In this document: positions 27,433 through 37,240 of the stretch, piece after piece
How the letters are laid out: each line of letters starts with the position of its first letter
Position numbering within the stretch: the stretch's first letter is position 1
Assembly (NCBI GenBank): GCA_944387455.1
Contig: CALXEY010000001.1
Location: 1 to 63,367 of the forward strand
Reading direction: 5' to 3'
Origin: an uncultured Clostridia bacterium
GTDB taxonomy: Bacteria; Bacillota; Clostridia; TANB77; CAG-508
Length of the DNA: 63,367 nt
The notes under the pieces: model-generated
What the model was told of the DNA's origin: nothing
The model's input: only the letters and a program-made list of their open reading frames with translations
The model's database searches: none
Position numbers and translations under genes: made by a program

Positions 27433-28068
27433 TTAAAATAATATCATATAAATTCCCATAATTATTAAGATTATTCCTGAAATCTTTTTTATTATATCAT
27501 AATGTTTTTTTATAAAATTAAAAGCTTCTTTTAATTTTTCTAATAATACTGCTGATATAATAAAAGGTATTCCAAGCCCTATACTATATACAATCATTAA
27601 CAATATTCCTTTTACCATATCTTGATTTTTTGCAATCAAAAGTAATGCAGATGCTAAAAATGTGCCTATACATGGTGTCCAACTAATTGAAAATATCATC
27701 CCAAAAGCTAATGATTTTATAAAATTTAAATCTTTTACTTTTTTATTGATTCCTTTTGATTTATTTAATAAATTTATTTTTATTATTTCCATATAGTTTA
27801 AGCCAAGTAATATTATAATAATTCCAAATACTATTTTAATATATTTAATATTTTGGCTTATTATTCCACCAAAACTACTCGCAAATATTGATAATAATAT
27901 AAAAACTATTGAAAACCCTAACACAAACCCTATTGAGTTTATTACAGCTTTTGATACTTTTTTATTATCTTCTCCTATAAAATAAGAAATATATATAGGA
28001 AGCATAGGTAATACACAAGGTGAAATAAAGCTTGCAAAACCTTCTATAAAAGTAAAAACATAGTCCAT
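27433..28068 (-). CDS. ccdA: Cytochrome c biogenesis protein CcdA (DsbD-family thiol-disulfide transporter)
   Basis: 211-aa membrane protein with FISPCVLPMLPIY and ..WTPCIG.. motifs. Confidence 0.85.
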   Translation of the reverse strand: MDYVFTFIEGFASFISPCVLPMLPIYISYFIGEDNKKVSKAVINSIGFVLGFSIVFILLSIFASSFGGIISQNIKYIKIVFGIIIILLGLNYMEIIKINLLNKSKGINKKVKDLNFIKSLAFGMIFSISWTPCIGTFLASALLLIAKNQDMVKGILLMIVYSIGLGIPFIISAVLLEKLKEAFNFIKKHYDIIKKISGIILIIMGIYMILF

Positions 28069-28080
28069 AAAAATTTTCCT

Positions 28081-28461
28081 CTACTCTACTTCTTTTTTCC
28101 ATAAACCGTGTTTATTACAATAAGCATAAAGCATTGCTCCTTTTACATATGGGAATTTTACTTCTGCTTTTTCTCCAGGTTTAAATTCTACAGTTATTTC
28201 TTTATTTTCTTCTACCATACTTACCCACTCTATAAAGTGTTCTTCTTCCATTACGTGGTTTACTCTAACTATTATTTCATCACCTACTTTTTCATATGTA
28301 GGTACGTGTTTTTCTACTGCTGCATCTACTGAGTTTGGCACTAATTTTTCCATTGGCTCTCCACAACATACAATTCCACAACCGTTACAGTTACAGTCAT
28401 TTATAACTTTAACTGTTGCTCCACAAGATTTACATTTTTTAATAATTAATTCTTTATTCAT
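28081..28461 (-). CDS. dfx: Desulfoferrodoxin (superoxide reductase)
   Basis: N-terminal CxxC...CC desulforedoxin-like motif, then KHVP.. and ..H..EH.IEW.. and CN.HG.W. ATG at 28461 follows AGGAGG. Confidence 0.88.
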   Translation of the reverse strand: MNKELIIKKCKSCGATVKVINDCNCNGCGIVCCGEPMEKLVPNSVDAAVEKHVPTYEKVGDEIIVRVNHVMEEEHFIEWVSMVEENKEITVEFKPGEKAEVKFPYVKGAMLYAYCNKHGLWKKEVE

Positions 28462-28524
28462 TATTAATTCCTCCTTTTTCTTTTTTGCCATTATATCATC
28501 TTTTTTCTATTTTGCATAGTTTTT

Positions 28525-29307
28525 TTAGCCTAAAGCTATATCTAATATCATCATTAGTACAAAACCTATTGCAACTCCTATTGTTCCAATATTTGAGTGC
28601 TCTCCTTCTTGTGATTCTGGTATTAATTCTTCTACTACAACATACATCATTGCTCCTGCTGCAAATGCTAGTAAATATGGAAGTATTGGCGTTACAAGTC
28701 CTGTTAATAATATTGTAATTATTGCTGCAATTGGTTCTACTATTCCAGATAATACTCCATATCCAAATGATTTTAATTTTGATTTTCCTTCCGCTTCTAA
28801 TGGCATTGAAATTATTGCACCTTCTGGAAAGTTTTGAATTGCTATTCCTACAGCTAATGCAATTCCACCTGCTAAACTCAAACCAACTTGTCCATTTATA
28901 GCTCCTGCAAGTACAACCCCAACAGCCATACCCTCTGGAATATTGTGTAAAGTTACAGCTAATACTAGCATTATTTCATTTTTTAATTTAGTTTTTATTC
29001 CTTCTGGTTTTTTACTGTTTAAATGTAAATGTGGTATTAATGTATCTAGGAATAATAAAAAGCCAATACCTAGTAAAAAGCCAACAGATGCTGGTAGCCA
29101 CTCTATTTCTCCTTGTGATTTTGCCATATCAATTGATGGTATTAATAATGACCATACAGATGCTGACATCATTACTCCAGATGCAAAGCCTAAAAGCATT
29201 TTTTGTAATTTTACATTTATTTTATTTTTCATAAGAAATACCATACCAGAACCTAATACTGTTCCTAAAAATGGTATTATTAAACATATTATTACTGGTA
29301 ATTCCAT
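28525..29307 (-). CDS. zupT: ZIP family metal (zinc) transporter
   Basis: ..LAVTLHNIPEGMAVGV.. and ..IAIQNFPEG.. motifs. Confidence 0.88.
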   Translation of the reverse strand: MELPVIICLIIPFLGTVLGSGMVFLMKNKINVKLQKMLLGFASGVMMSASVWSLLIPSIDMAKSQGEIEWLPASVGFLLGIGFLLFLDTLIPHLHLNSKKPEGIKTKLKNEIMLVLAVTLHNIPEGMAVGVVLAGAINGQVGLSLAGGIALAVGIAIQNFPEGAIISMPLEAEGKSKLKSFGYGVLSGIVEPIAAIITILLTGLVTPILPYLLAFAAGAMMYVVVEELIPESQEGEHSNIGTIGVAIGFVLMMILDIALG

Positions 29308-29556
29308 AAATAAGCCTCTTTTCCTTATTATATTTATTTTTAAATTTTTTATTATTTTTTTGTAATATTTATATGATTTTTTTCATATAATAGTATTAGT
29401 ATATAAATTTTACTATATTTTTATTAATTTCCAAGAATTTTCAATATTTTTTGCTTGTTTTCTATTGACATAAATAGTTTTTAGTAGTAAAATTAATAAT
29501 GTACTAATTCTTTAGGAGATAATATCATATTCCTTTAAAGAAGTCAAAATAAATAT

Positions 29557-29632
29557 CGCGGGGTGGAGCAGTTGGCAGCTCGCAGGGCTCATAACCCTGA
29601 GGTCGGTAGTTCGAGTCTATCCCCCGCAACCA
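29557..29632 (+). tRNA. Initiator tRNA-fMet (anticodon CAT)
   Basis: Starts CGCGGGG. It has a C1:A72 mismatch, GGG/CCC in the anticodon stem, a CTCATAA loop, a GTTCGAGTC T-arm, and ends CAACCA. Confidence 0.92.
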
Positions 29633-29691
29633 TTTTTTAACATAAAAGGAATATATCTTTTTATGTTTTTTTAGTAAGGAGAGCTCAAATT

Positions 29692-29967
29692 ATGATGTAT
29701 CCATATGTTAATTATCCAGACGGAACAGAAGTTACTTTTTCAAATATATATACAGATGATAATGGACAAGAGTGTGTAGATGTTCATTTTGAAAGACCTA
29801 CTAAAAATGGTTTTGATTCTGTTAGAATTAAGTTACCAACTTATGAAGTTACTGTTTGGGAAGGTAATTATTCTGATGAAGAAATAGAATTTTTTAAACA
29901 AGTTGTTAAAAATAGTTCAGACCTTTTTTATAGATATGCTAAAGAAGGAGGTCTTAAATTTGCCTAG
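29692..29967 (+). CDS. Hypothetical protein, module A1 (partner of DUF4160 protein)
   Basis: 91 aa with a strong RBS. About half its residues are identical to 30274-30546. Confidence 0.7.
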   Translation: MMYPYVNYPDGTEVTFSNIYTDDNGQECVDVHFERPTKNGFDSVRIKLPTYEVTVWEGNYSDEEIEFFKQVVKNSSDLFYRYAKEGGLKFA

Positions 29968-30247
29968 TATTTTTGAGATTTCAGGTTATAAAATATATTT
30001 TTGGTCAAATGAAAACAATGAACCAATTCATATACATATATCAAAAGGAAATCCTACAAAAAATTCTACAAAAGTTTGGTTAACTCAAGCTGGTGGGTGT
30101 ATATTAGCAAATAACAAGAGTAGAATTCCTGATAGTGATTTAAATAAACTATTAAATATTATATCTAAACACTATTTTTTAATAGTTTCTACTTGGAAAG
30201 AATATTATCATATTGATAGTGTTAAAGATATTAAATTTTATTGTTAG
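29960..30247 (+). CDS. DUF4160 domain protein, module B1
   Basis: TTG at 29960 lies 8 nt after AGGAGG. MPSIFEISGYKIYFWSNENNEPIHIHISKG.. is the DUF4160 signature. It overlaps A1 by 8 nt. Confidence 0.75.
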   Translation: MPSIFEISGYKIYFWSNENNEPIHIHISKGNPTKNSTKVWLTQAGGCILANNKSRIPDSDLNKLLNIISKHYFLIVSTWKEYYHIDSVKDIKFYC

Positions 30248-30273
30248 TAACTTATCAAAAGGAAGTGATATAA

Positions 30274-30546
30274 ATGATGCACGAATTTGTAACATATCCA
30301 GACGGAACATTAGTTGTTTTTTCTGATATTCGTAAAAAAGATAATGGACAAGAATATTTGATTGTTTGTTTTGAAAGACCTACAGAAAATGGTTTTGATA
30401 CAGTAATTTTCGAACTTCCAAGTTACGATATTGTAAAAAAGGACGGGAATTATTCTGAAAAAGAAATAGAAACTTTTAAAAAAGTTGTAGAAAAAGGTGC
30501 TGCTTTTTTCTTTGAAACTGCTAGAGGAGGTATACAAAGTGCCTAA
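30274..30546 (+). CDS. Hypothetical protein, module A2
   Basis: Paralog of 29692-29967. Confidence 0.7.
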   Translation: MMHEFVTYPDGTLVVFSDIRKKDNGQEYLIVCFERPTENGFDTVIFELPSYDIVKKDGNYSEKEIETFKKVVEKGAAFFFETARGGIQSA

Positions 30547-30817
30547 CTTGTTTAAATATTTAGGATATACAATATATTTTTGGGCAAATGAAAATTTTGA
30601 ACCTATACACGTACATATATCAAAAGGTAACCCACAAGCTAATTCAACAAAAGTATGGCTTACAAAAAGTGGAAATTGTATTTTAGCAAATAATAATAGC
30701 AAAATACCTAATAAAGATTTAAAAAACTTACTCATAGCAATAGAAGCCAACTATTTTTTAATTGTATCAGAATGGAAAGCTTTTTATGGAACAAACAATG
30801 TTAAATTTTATTGTTAG
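30539..30817 (+). CDS. DUF4160 domain protein, module B2
   Basis: GTG at 30539 follows GGAGG. MPNLFKYLGYTIYFWANENFEPIHVHISKG... It overlaps A2 by 8 nt. Confidence 0.75.
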   Translation: MPNLFKYLGYTIYFWANENFEPIHVHISKGNPQANSTKVWLTKSGNCILANNNSKIPNKDLKNLLIAIEANYFLIVSEWKAFYGTNNVKFYC

Positions 30818-30964
30818 AAATTATAAATTGTATAGAACTACCAAAAGGTAGTTTATTTTTTTGTAATTTTTATAAACTATTTTCCCACTTTTGTAAAAAA
30901 ACACTATACTTTTATTTTCATAAGTGTATAATGAAAAAGCACGAAAGAAAAAGGGGTGAGAAAT

Positions 30965-31123
30965 TTGAAAGAGACAAATCTAGAACTAGAGAAATGTGGT
31001 ACAGTAACAGTTTCTGTATATAAAGATACTTCTTCTAATCGTCCTATCTTTGAGATAAACTCCGATTCAGAAGAAGTATTACCTGTTTCTTATGTAATTG
31101 AAGATACATTGTATCTTTATTAA
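30965..31123 (+). CDS. Small hypothetical protein (52 aa)
   Basis: TTG follows AAGGGGTGA. Translation is MKETNLELEKCGTVTVSVYKDTSSNRPIFEINSDSEEVLPVSYVIEDTLYLY. It is below the ORF-track cutoff. Confidence 0.35.
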   Translation: MKETNLELEKCGTVTVSVYKDTSSNRPIFEINSDSEEVLPVSYVIEDTLYLY

Positions 31124-31153
31124 AACTTTAGGCTGACTTTTTGTTGGTCTTTT

Positions 31154-32095
31154 TTAACGTAAAAAACCATTAATAATTTCTTGCTCTGCCTCTTCTTCAG
31201 CAAGTCCTAAAGTCATAAGTTTAGTTATTTGTTCACCTGCAATCTTACCAATTGCTGCCTCGTGAATAAGGTTTGCATCTACATTATTTGCAGTAACTTC
31301 TGGTGTTGCAGTAACAATTGCTTTATCTTGTATAATTGCATCACACTCACTATGTGAAAAACATTTTGCATTACCATATATTTTAGAAATAAAATATTGT
31401 CTAGAATTATCTTGTGCAACAGACCTTGAAGTTACGTGTGCACTAGAATTATCTCCATTTAACTGTACATCAAAAATAGTCTTTGCAAATTGCTCTCCAC
31501 CTGTCATAATTTTCTCTGTAACAACAAGGTTAGCACCTTCTTCTAGAACACCTTTTGTTTCTCTAATAGTAGAATCAACACCTTTAATTTGCACACTTTC
31601 CATTTCTAAAGAACTATCTTTTTTTAAATACACTTCAGTTATAGGGTTTAAAATTCTTTTTCCATCACCAACACCTTCTCCATAATGTTTTTCCACATAT
31701 TTAACTCTGGCACCTTCCTCTAGGAAAAATCTATGAATTCCATTATGCTGTGAATCTTTATGGTGGTCATTATGAATTCCACACCCTGCAATTATATATG
31801 TATACGCATTTTTACCAATATAAAAATCATTATAAACAACATCTTTTAAACCACTTTCTGTTATTATAACTGGAATATGAACTATTTCAAACTTTGTATT
31901 TTCCTTTACATATATATTAATTCCTGGTTTATCTTGTTTAGTTATAATATTTACATTTTCAGTAATCTTTCTTTCAATACCTTGTCCATTTTTTCTTATA
32001 TTATAAGCTCCGTCTTTTAATCTTTCCAAGCCTGAAACCTCTTCTAATAGCCCTTCATCTATATCGCTTAATAATTCATCATTTAATTTTGACAT
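31154..32095 (-). CDS. SufB/SufD-family Fe-S cluster assembly protein
   Basis: 313 aa with a SufBD beta-helix-like C-terminus (..AIGKIAGEQITKLMTLGL.EEEA...I..GF). It is translationally coupled to sufC. Confidence 0.8.
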   Translation of the reverse strand: MSKLNDELLSDIDEGLLEEVSGLERLKDGAYNIRKNGQGIERKITENVNIITKQDKPGINIYVKENTKFEIVHIPVIITESGLKDVVYNDFYIGKNAYTYIIAGCGIHNDHHKDSQHNGIHRFFLEEGARVKYVEKHYGEGVGDGKRILNPITEVYLKKDSSLEMESVQIKGVDSTIRETKGVLEEGANLVVTEKIMTGGEQFAKTIFDVQLNGDNSSAHVTSRSVAQDNSRQYFISKIYGNAKCFSHSECDAIIQDKAIVTATPEVTANNVDANLIHEAAIGKIAGEQITKLMTLGLAEEEAEQEIINGFLR

Positions 32096-32814
32096 TTATT
32101 TCCACCTACTTTCTTTACTTTACAACAATTAATACTATTTTTTATATTATTTTCTAAAATTTCTTTGCTACTTCCTATCTTTTCTATTTTACCTCTTCTC
32201 ATTAAAATAACTTCATCTGCTATATTTAATATTCTTTCTTGATGTGAAATAATTAAAGTTGTTCCTTTAACTAATTCCCTCATATTTTCAAAAACTTCTA
32301 TCAAATTATTAAAACTCCATAAATCTATTCCTGCTTCTGGCTCATCAAAAATAGCAAGCTTAGAACCTCTAAGGGCTACAGTTGCAATTTCTATTCTTTT
32401 TAGTTCACCACCAGATAAAGAACCATTTACTTCCCTATCAACATATTCTTTAGCACAAAGTCCTACTCTTGATAAAACCTCACACGCTTCTTTTTTAGTA
32501 ATATTTTTCTTAGAAGCAATTTTTAGTAAATCATAAACAGTAATACCTTTAAACTTTACAGGTTGTTGGAAAGCAAAACTAATTCCTAAATTTGCTCTTT
32601 CATTTATTTTTAAATTTGTTATATCCTTTCCGTCAAAAATAATCTCTCCAGAATCTGGTTTTTCTATCCCCATAATCATTTTAACCAAAGTAGATTTTCC
32701 TGAACCATTTGGTCCTGTTATTGCTATAAATTTATTAGTATCTATTTTTAAATTTATATTATCTAATATTTTTTTATTATCTCTTGTAAAACATACATTT
32801 TTAAGTTCTAACAT
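32083..32814 (-). CDS. sufC: Fe-S cluster assembly ATPase SufC
   Basis: Walker A GPNGSGKST, signature LSGGELKR, and Walker B LAIFDEPEAGID. Confidence 0.88.
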   Translation of the reverse strand: MLELKNVCFTRDNKKILDNINLKIDTNKFIAITGPNGSGKSTLVKMIMGIEKPDSGEIIFDGKDITNLKINERANLGISFAFQQPVKFKGITVYDLLKIASKKNITKKEACEVLSRVGLCAKEYVDREVNGSLSGGELKRIEIATVALRGSKLAIFDEPEAGIDLWSFNNLIEVFENMRELVKGTTLIISHQERILNIADEVILMRRGKIEKIGSSKEILENNIKNSINCCKVKKVGGNKCQN

Positions 32815-32854
32815 ATTTATATCCTCCATTTAAATTATTTACATTTTTTATATA

Positions 32855-33322
32855 TTATTTTTCTTTTTTGTTTTGCTTGTTTAAAGTAACCCTTAAACAA
32901 TTTCTACATTTTTCATTATTTATATTATAGCCACACTCTAAATCTTCAAGGTGTAAAACTTCTGTTATATATTTATTAAGTTTTGTTGCTGTTTCTTCTG
33001 ATATTGCATATTTTAAAGCTTTAGCTTCTTCTATTGCTTTATTCTTTTCTATTTCTAAAACATTTACTAAAAACATTTCTAATATATCTTGTCTTTTTAT
33101 AATTCCTATTGCTAAATTTCTTCCTTCCTCTGTTAAAGAAATATTTCCATATGCTTTATAATTTACAAGCCCTATATCTTTTAAAGTATTTATTCCTTTA
33201 TTTACACTAGGTTTAGTTATTTTAAGTTTTTCAGCAATATCAGTAACTCTAACTTTTTTATTATTTTTTTCTAAAAGATAAATTGTTTTTAAATATTCTT
33301 CTTGAGAACTACTAATCTTCAT
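32855..33322 (-). CDS. DtxR/MntR-family metal-dependent transcriptional regulator
   Basis: ..SQEEYLKTIYLL......V.DIAEKL.ITKPSV.....L...GLV. Confidence 0.82.
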   Translation of the reverse strand: MKISSSQEEYLKTIYLLEKNNKKVRVTDIAEKLKITKPSVNKGINTLKDIGLVNYKAYGNISLTEEGRNLAIGIIKRQDILEMFLVNVLEIEKNKAIEEAKALKYAISEETATKLNKYITEVLHLEDLECGYNINNEKCRNCLRVTLNKQNKKEK

Positions 33323-33400
33323 ACCTTGCTCCTTTTTGTTAGCTTACGCTAACATTTTACTATTAAAAAAAGAAATTGTCAAGAGAAAATGAGAAAATTT

Positions 33401-33466
33401 GGGACGGGGCATTTTTGTCGCATAATGGAAATATTTGTAAAAATGCGACAAAAATGCCCCGTCCCC
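33401..33466. repeat. GC-rich palindromic repeat, copy 3
   Basis: Perfect 22-bp stem GGGACGGGGCATTTTTGTCGCA / TGCGACAAAAATGCCCCGTCCC. It ends 7 nt before the TGA of comEA (33474-33476). Confidence 0.85.
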
Positions 33467-33473
33467 AAAATTC

Positions 33474-34193
33474 TCAAATTTCTATTAAGTCTTTTATTTG
33501 CTCATATTTGCTATCTCCTATTCCGCTTACTTCTTTTATTTCTTCTTTTGTTTTGAACTTTCCATTTTTGTTTCTGTAGTCTATTATTTTACCTGCTGTT
33601 GCTTCTCCTATTCCTGGCAGAGTGTCTAATTCTTCTTTGTTTGCTGTGTTTATATTTACTTTTTTATTACTTTCATCTTTTTTACTATTTACATTTGAAC
33701 TTCCATTTGTGTTTTCACCATAACTATAATATTCATTGCTACTAGAAACACCACCATTTACACTTGTACCATTATTTTTACTATTTTCTACTTCTTCTTT
33801 ACTTGGTATATATATTTTCATACCGTCTTCTAACTTATATGCTAAATTTATATCTTTCATATATGCATTTTCTGTTACCCCTCCTGCTTTTTCTATTGCG
33901 TCATTTACTCTGCTATTTTCTTCTAATTCCACCACTCCTTGGTTTTTTACTTCTCCTGATATATGTACTATTATCTTATTTTCACTATTTTCATCTTCTT
34001 TTTCTTCACTATCAACACCATTTTCGACTTTACTTTTTTCTTCTTCATTTACACCGTTTATTTCCAAATTTGAACTTTCTATTGTAAAATCATTTTTTCC
34101 AAATGACGTATATGCATAATATGCTACTCCTATTGTTATAATAGTAATTACTATAATTAATATTTTCTTTTGTTTTCTATTAATATATTTCAT
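33474..34193 (-). CDS. comEA: ComEA family DNA-binding competence protein
   Basis: N-terminal TM segment, SLBB-like middle region, and C-terminal HhH ..VNINTANKEELDTLPGIGEATAGKIIDYR...G.F...EEI..V.GIG..K. Confidence 0.88.
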   Translation of the reverse strand: MKYINRKQKKILIIVITIITIGVAYYAYTSFGKNDFTIESSNLEINGVNEEEKSKVENGVDSEEKEDENSENKIIVHISGEVKNQGVVELEENSRVNDAIEKAGGVTENAYMKDINLAYKLEDGMKIYIPSKEEVENSKNNGTSVNGGVSSSNEYYSYGENTNGSSNVNSKKDESNKKVNINTANKEELDTLPGIGEATAGKIIDYRNKNGKFKTKEEIKEVSGIGDSKYEQIKDLIEI

Positions 34194-34424
34194 ATTTACC
34201 ACACCTTTCTTTATTTTTTGTTTTTAGTTTTATATATTTTTTTATTTAATTATTTTTATTTAATTATTTTTATTTAATATTTTTTTATTTTTAATTGTTT
34301 ACATTTTATTGAAAATTTTGTCGAAATAATGTATATTATTTTAAGTAAGATAATTAATATAAGTAATATAAGTAAAATAAATTTAATTTAGTAAAAAAGA
34401 TGATGATTTTATAAGGAGTTTTTA

Positions 34425-35694
34425 ATGAAAGTTAAGAAAATTTTTATTATAATGCTTTTAGCATTTTTAATTATTTTTGTAAATTCATATTCATATATTT
34501 CTTGTGCTTCTGATACTCCAACAATTAGCGATACTGCTACTTGTTATGCAATAGATAACTGGACTAATAAAGCTCTTTTTAGTAAAAATGAGAAGCAAAG
34601 AATGTATCCAGCAAGTACTACTAAAATTGTAACTGCTATTATTGTTTTAGAAAATTGTAATTTAAATGATAAGACAACTGCTAGTTATACTGCTATTTCT
34701 ACTATTCCCCAAGGTTATGTTACAGCTGATATTCAGATTGGAGAAGAGTTTACTATTGAACAATTATTAGAACTTTTACTTGTTCACTCTGCTAATGATG
34801 CTGCAAATGTCCTTGCTGAATATGTTGGTGGCTCTGTCCAAAGTTTCGTTTCTATGATGAATACTAAAGTTAATGAACTAGGTTTAAGTGATACTCATTT
34901 TACTAACCCTTATGGTTTACAAGATGAAAACCATTATACTACTGCTTATGATTTAGCTTATATTATGAAGTATTGCCTACAAAATGAAACTTTTAGAAAA
35001 ATAAGTGGAAAAGCTTCTTGTGCTATTCCTGCTACAAATATGAGTGAGCCTAGAAAATATAATTCTACAAATGAGCTTTTAATTGCTGGAAATGATAACT
35101 ATTATCAATATGCTTCTACTGGTAAAACTGGTTTTACAAGCCACGCTAAGGAGTGTTTAGTTTCTTCTGCCTATAATAATGATTTAGAAGTAATTTGTGT
35201 TATTTTAGGTAGTGATAACAGATTTTTAGATACAAGAAATGTTTTTGATTATATATTTTCTAATTATAAAATAGAAAATATTTATAATGAAAATGATGTT
35301 ATTACAACTATTACTGTTAAAAATGCTACTAATGATACTAAAAACTTAAATTTGTTAATTTCTGAAGATTTACCAGTTTTAGTAAATACTTCTAATGATT
35401 TTTTAACAGATGCAACACAAGTTGTTGTTACTGATGATGAGATTACTGCTCCAATTAGAGAAGGACAGGTTTTAGGTAAAGTTACTTACAACCTTAACGG
35501 AGTTAGTTATACAAGTGATTTGATTGCTGCGAATGATGTAGAAAAGTCTAATTTAATTACTTATATTTTTATACGGTTCTACAATTGTTGTTATTATAAT
35601 TTTATTTATTATTATTTTTAAACTTTCTAAACCTAAAGGAAATGTTGAAAATGTAGATATTAATGAAAATAATAATGATAATAAAGAAAATTAA
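34425..35694 (+). CDS. D-alanyl-D-alanine carboxypeptidase (S11 PBP) with a +1 frame change at CGG 35574-35576
   Basis: SxxK motif (PASTTK) and SAN (HSANDAA). After ..LITYIFI-CGG the +1 frame gives GSTIVVIIILFIIIFKLSKPKGN...KEN*, a plausible C-terminal membrane anchor. The zero frame gives a Tyr/Cys-rich tail. Confidence 0.8.
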
Positions 35695-35764
35695 TTAAAA
35701 ATAAGAATTTTAATAATTTTGTTTTAAAGATAAGTTACTAAAAGTAGTAACTTATCTTTATTTT

Positions 35765-37165
35765 TTATTCATTGTTATAGTCTCTTCCTAAAATTATTGT
35801 TACATCAACTTTACTTGAACTAGATTCTGTATCTTCTACTGTTCCTATTCCTATTGCATCTTCTATTCCTTCTAACACAGCTCCACTAACATTTTTCTTG
35901 TTCATTATTATTGTTTTTGAAGTTGTATTAGTGCTTCCTGTTCTTGTTACTTTATATCCTGCTTCTTCTAAATCATCTACTGCTAATTGTAAGTTTTTGC
36001 TTACTCCTGTTCCATTTATTATTTCTATTTTTATTTCAGATTTACTTTTTGTTGAAACTGTACTTGTTCCTGTTGTATTAGTATTATTTGTAGTATTTCC
36101 CCCTGTTGTTTCTTCTTCTGGTTTGTCTCTATCATAAAATAGTTCTTGTATTAATTTTGCTGTTTCGTCTTCATCTGCTACAAATACCCAAGTTCCTGCA
36201 TCATTTTTGTTTGTGTTTTCTCCTGGAAGAACTGCTGTAAGCAAGTTTTCTGTATTAAATTCTACTGCATATGGTATATAATCTTTTGCTACATCAAAAT
36301 TTATATTTGTTATTACATTTTCTTCTGCTACATCTAAAATTTCGCCTAATTTAAATATGTTCTCTACTTTTGCTGTTTGTTTTATTACTGCCATCATAAA
36401 TTCTCTTTGAGTTCTCATCCTTCCTACATCATTATCACCATATTCTTCCGGATATGAAGTACCATCATTGTTATGTCTAAAGCGTACTAATTGTTCTGCT
36501 TTATCTCCGTCTAGTAATTGTTCTCCTGCTTTTAAGTGTATGTGTAAATTTTGATGTTCATCATCATAGTCCATATCTATTGGTACATTAAATGTAACTC
36601 CACCTATTGCATCTACTAATTTTATAAAGCCTTCTGTTTTTACTATTACATAATATTCCAAATTCAAACCTGTTACTTTATTTACTGCATCTAAAACATC
36701 TTGTGGATCTTCTTTTCTACTATATACAGAGTTTATTTTTTGATATGGTGTTGCTTTTGCTGGGTTTGTTCCTGTATATGTGTCTCTTGGAATAGACAAT
36801 AGTGTTGCTTTTTGAGTATTAGGGTTATATGATGCTACCATTATTGTATCTGTAAGAAGTGCTCCTTCTTCATCTGTGCTTATTCCTAAGACTAGACATT
36901 TAAATTCTTCCAAGTTTTTCTTAGTATTTTCATCATGTCCTACCGCTGTTGCTAATATTCCTGTAAGTCCACCACCATTTTTATATACTTTATATGCAAA
37001 TACTCCACCTGCTATCAATAATATTAATAATATTATTAATAACACTTTAGGCCATATTCTTTTTTTCTTTCTTTTATTTATATTATTTTGTTTTGTATTA
37101 TTTTTTACATTTTTTACTTTATTTTTTGTTTTATTTTTTCCTTTGTTTTTATTATTATCTTTCAA
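35765..37165 (-). CDS. LCP (LytR-CpsA-Psr) family protein with a LytR_C domain
   Basis: TM anchor, then ..TDTIMVASYNP....LLSIPRDTY.. and ..KINS.Y. Confidence 0.85.
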   Translation of the reverse strand: MKDNNKNKGKNKTKNKVKNVKNNTKQNNINKRKKKRIWPKVLLIILLILLIAGGVFAYKVYKNGGGLTGILATAVGHDENTKKNLEEFKCLVLGISTDEEGALLTDTIMVASYNPNTQKATLLSIPRDTYTGTNPAKATPYQKINSVYSRKEDPQDVLDAVNKVTGLNLEYYVIVKTEGFIKLVDAIGGVTFNVPIDMDYDDEHQNLHIHLKAGEQLLDGDKAEQLVRFRHNNDGTSYPEEYGDNDVGRMRTQREFMMAVIKQTAKVENIFKLGEILDVAEENVITNINFDVAKDYIPYAVEFNTENLLTAVLPGENTNKNDAGTWVFVADEDETAKLIQELFYDRDKPEEETTGGNTTNNTNTTGTSTVSTKSKSEIKIEIINGTGVSKNLQLAVDDLEEAGYKVTRTGSTNTTSKTIIMNKKNVSGAVLEGIEDAIGIGTVEDTESSSSKVDVTIILGRDYNNE

Positions 37166-37240
37166 AATTCTCAACTCCTAAATTCGTATGTTACAAGTAT
37201 AACAAAATTTGTCTTAAATATCAACTAATATACGCATTTT

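Noticed and set aside
30310-30750. Tracked 146-aa minus-strand ORF across the second DUF4160 module
   Set aside because: It is antisense to two well-supported plus-strand genes that have RBSs and paralogs.
30811-31023. Tracked 70-aa plus-strand ORF
   Set aside because: It has no RBS and an odd composition. The overlapping 52-aa ORF at 30965-31123 has a proper RBS and is the better, though still weak, candidate.
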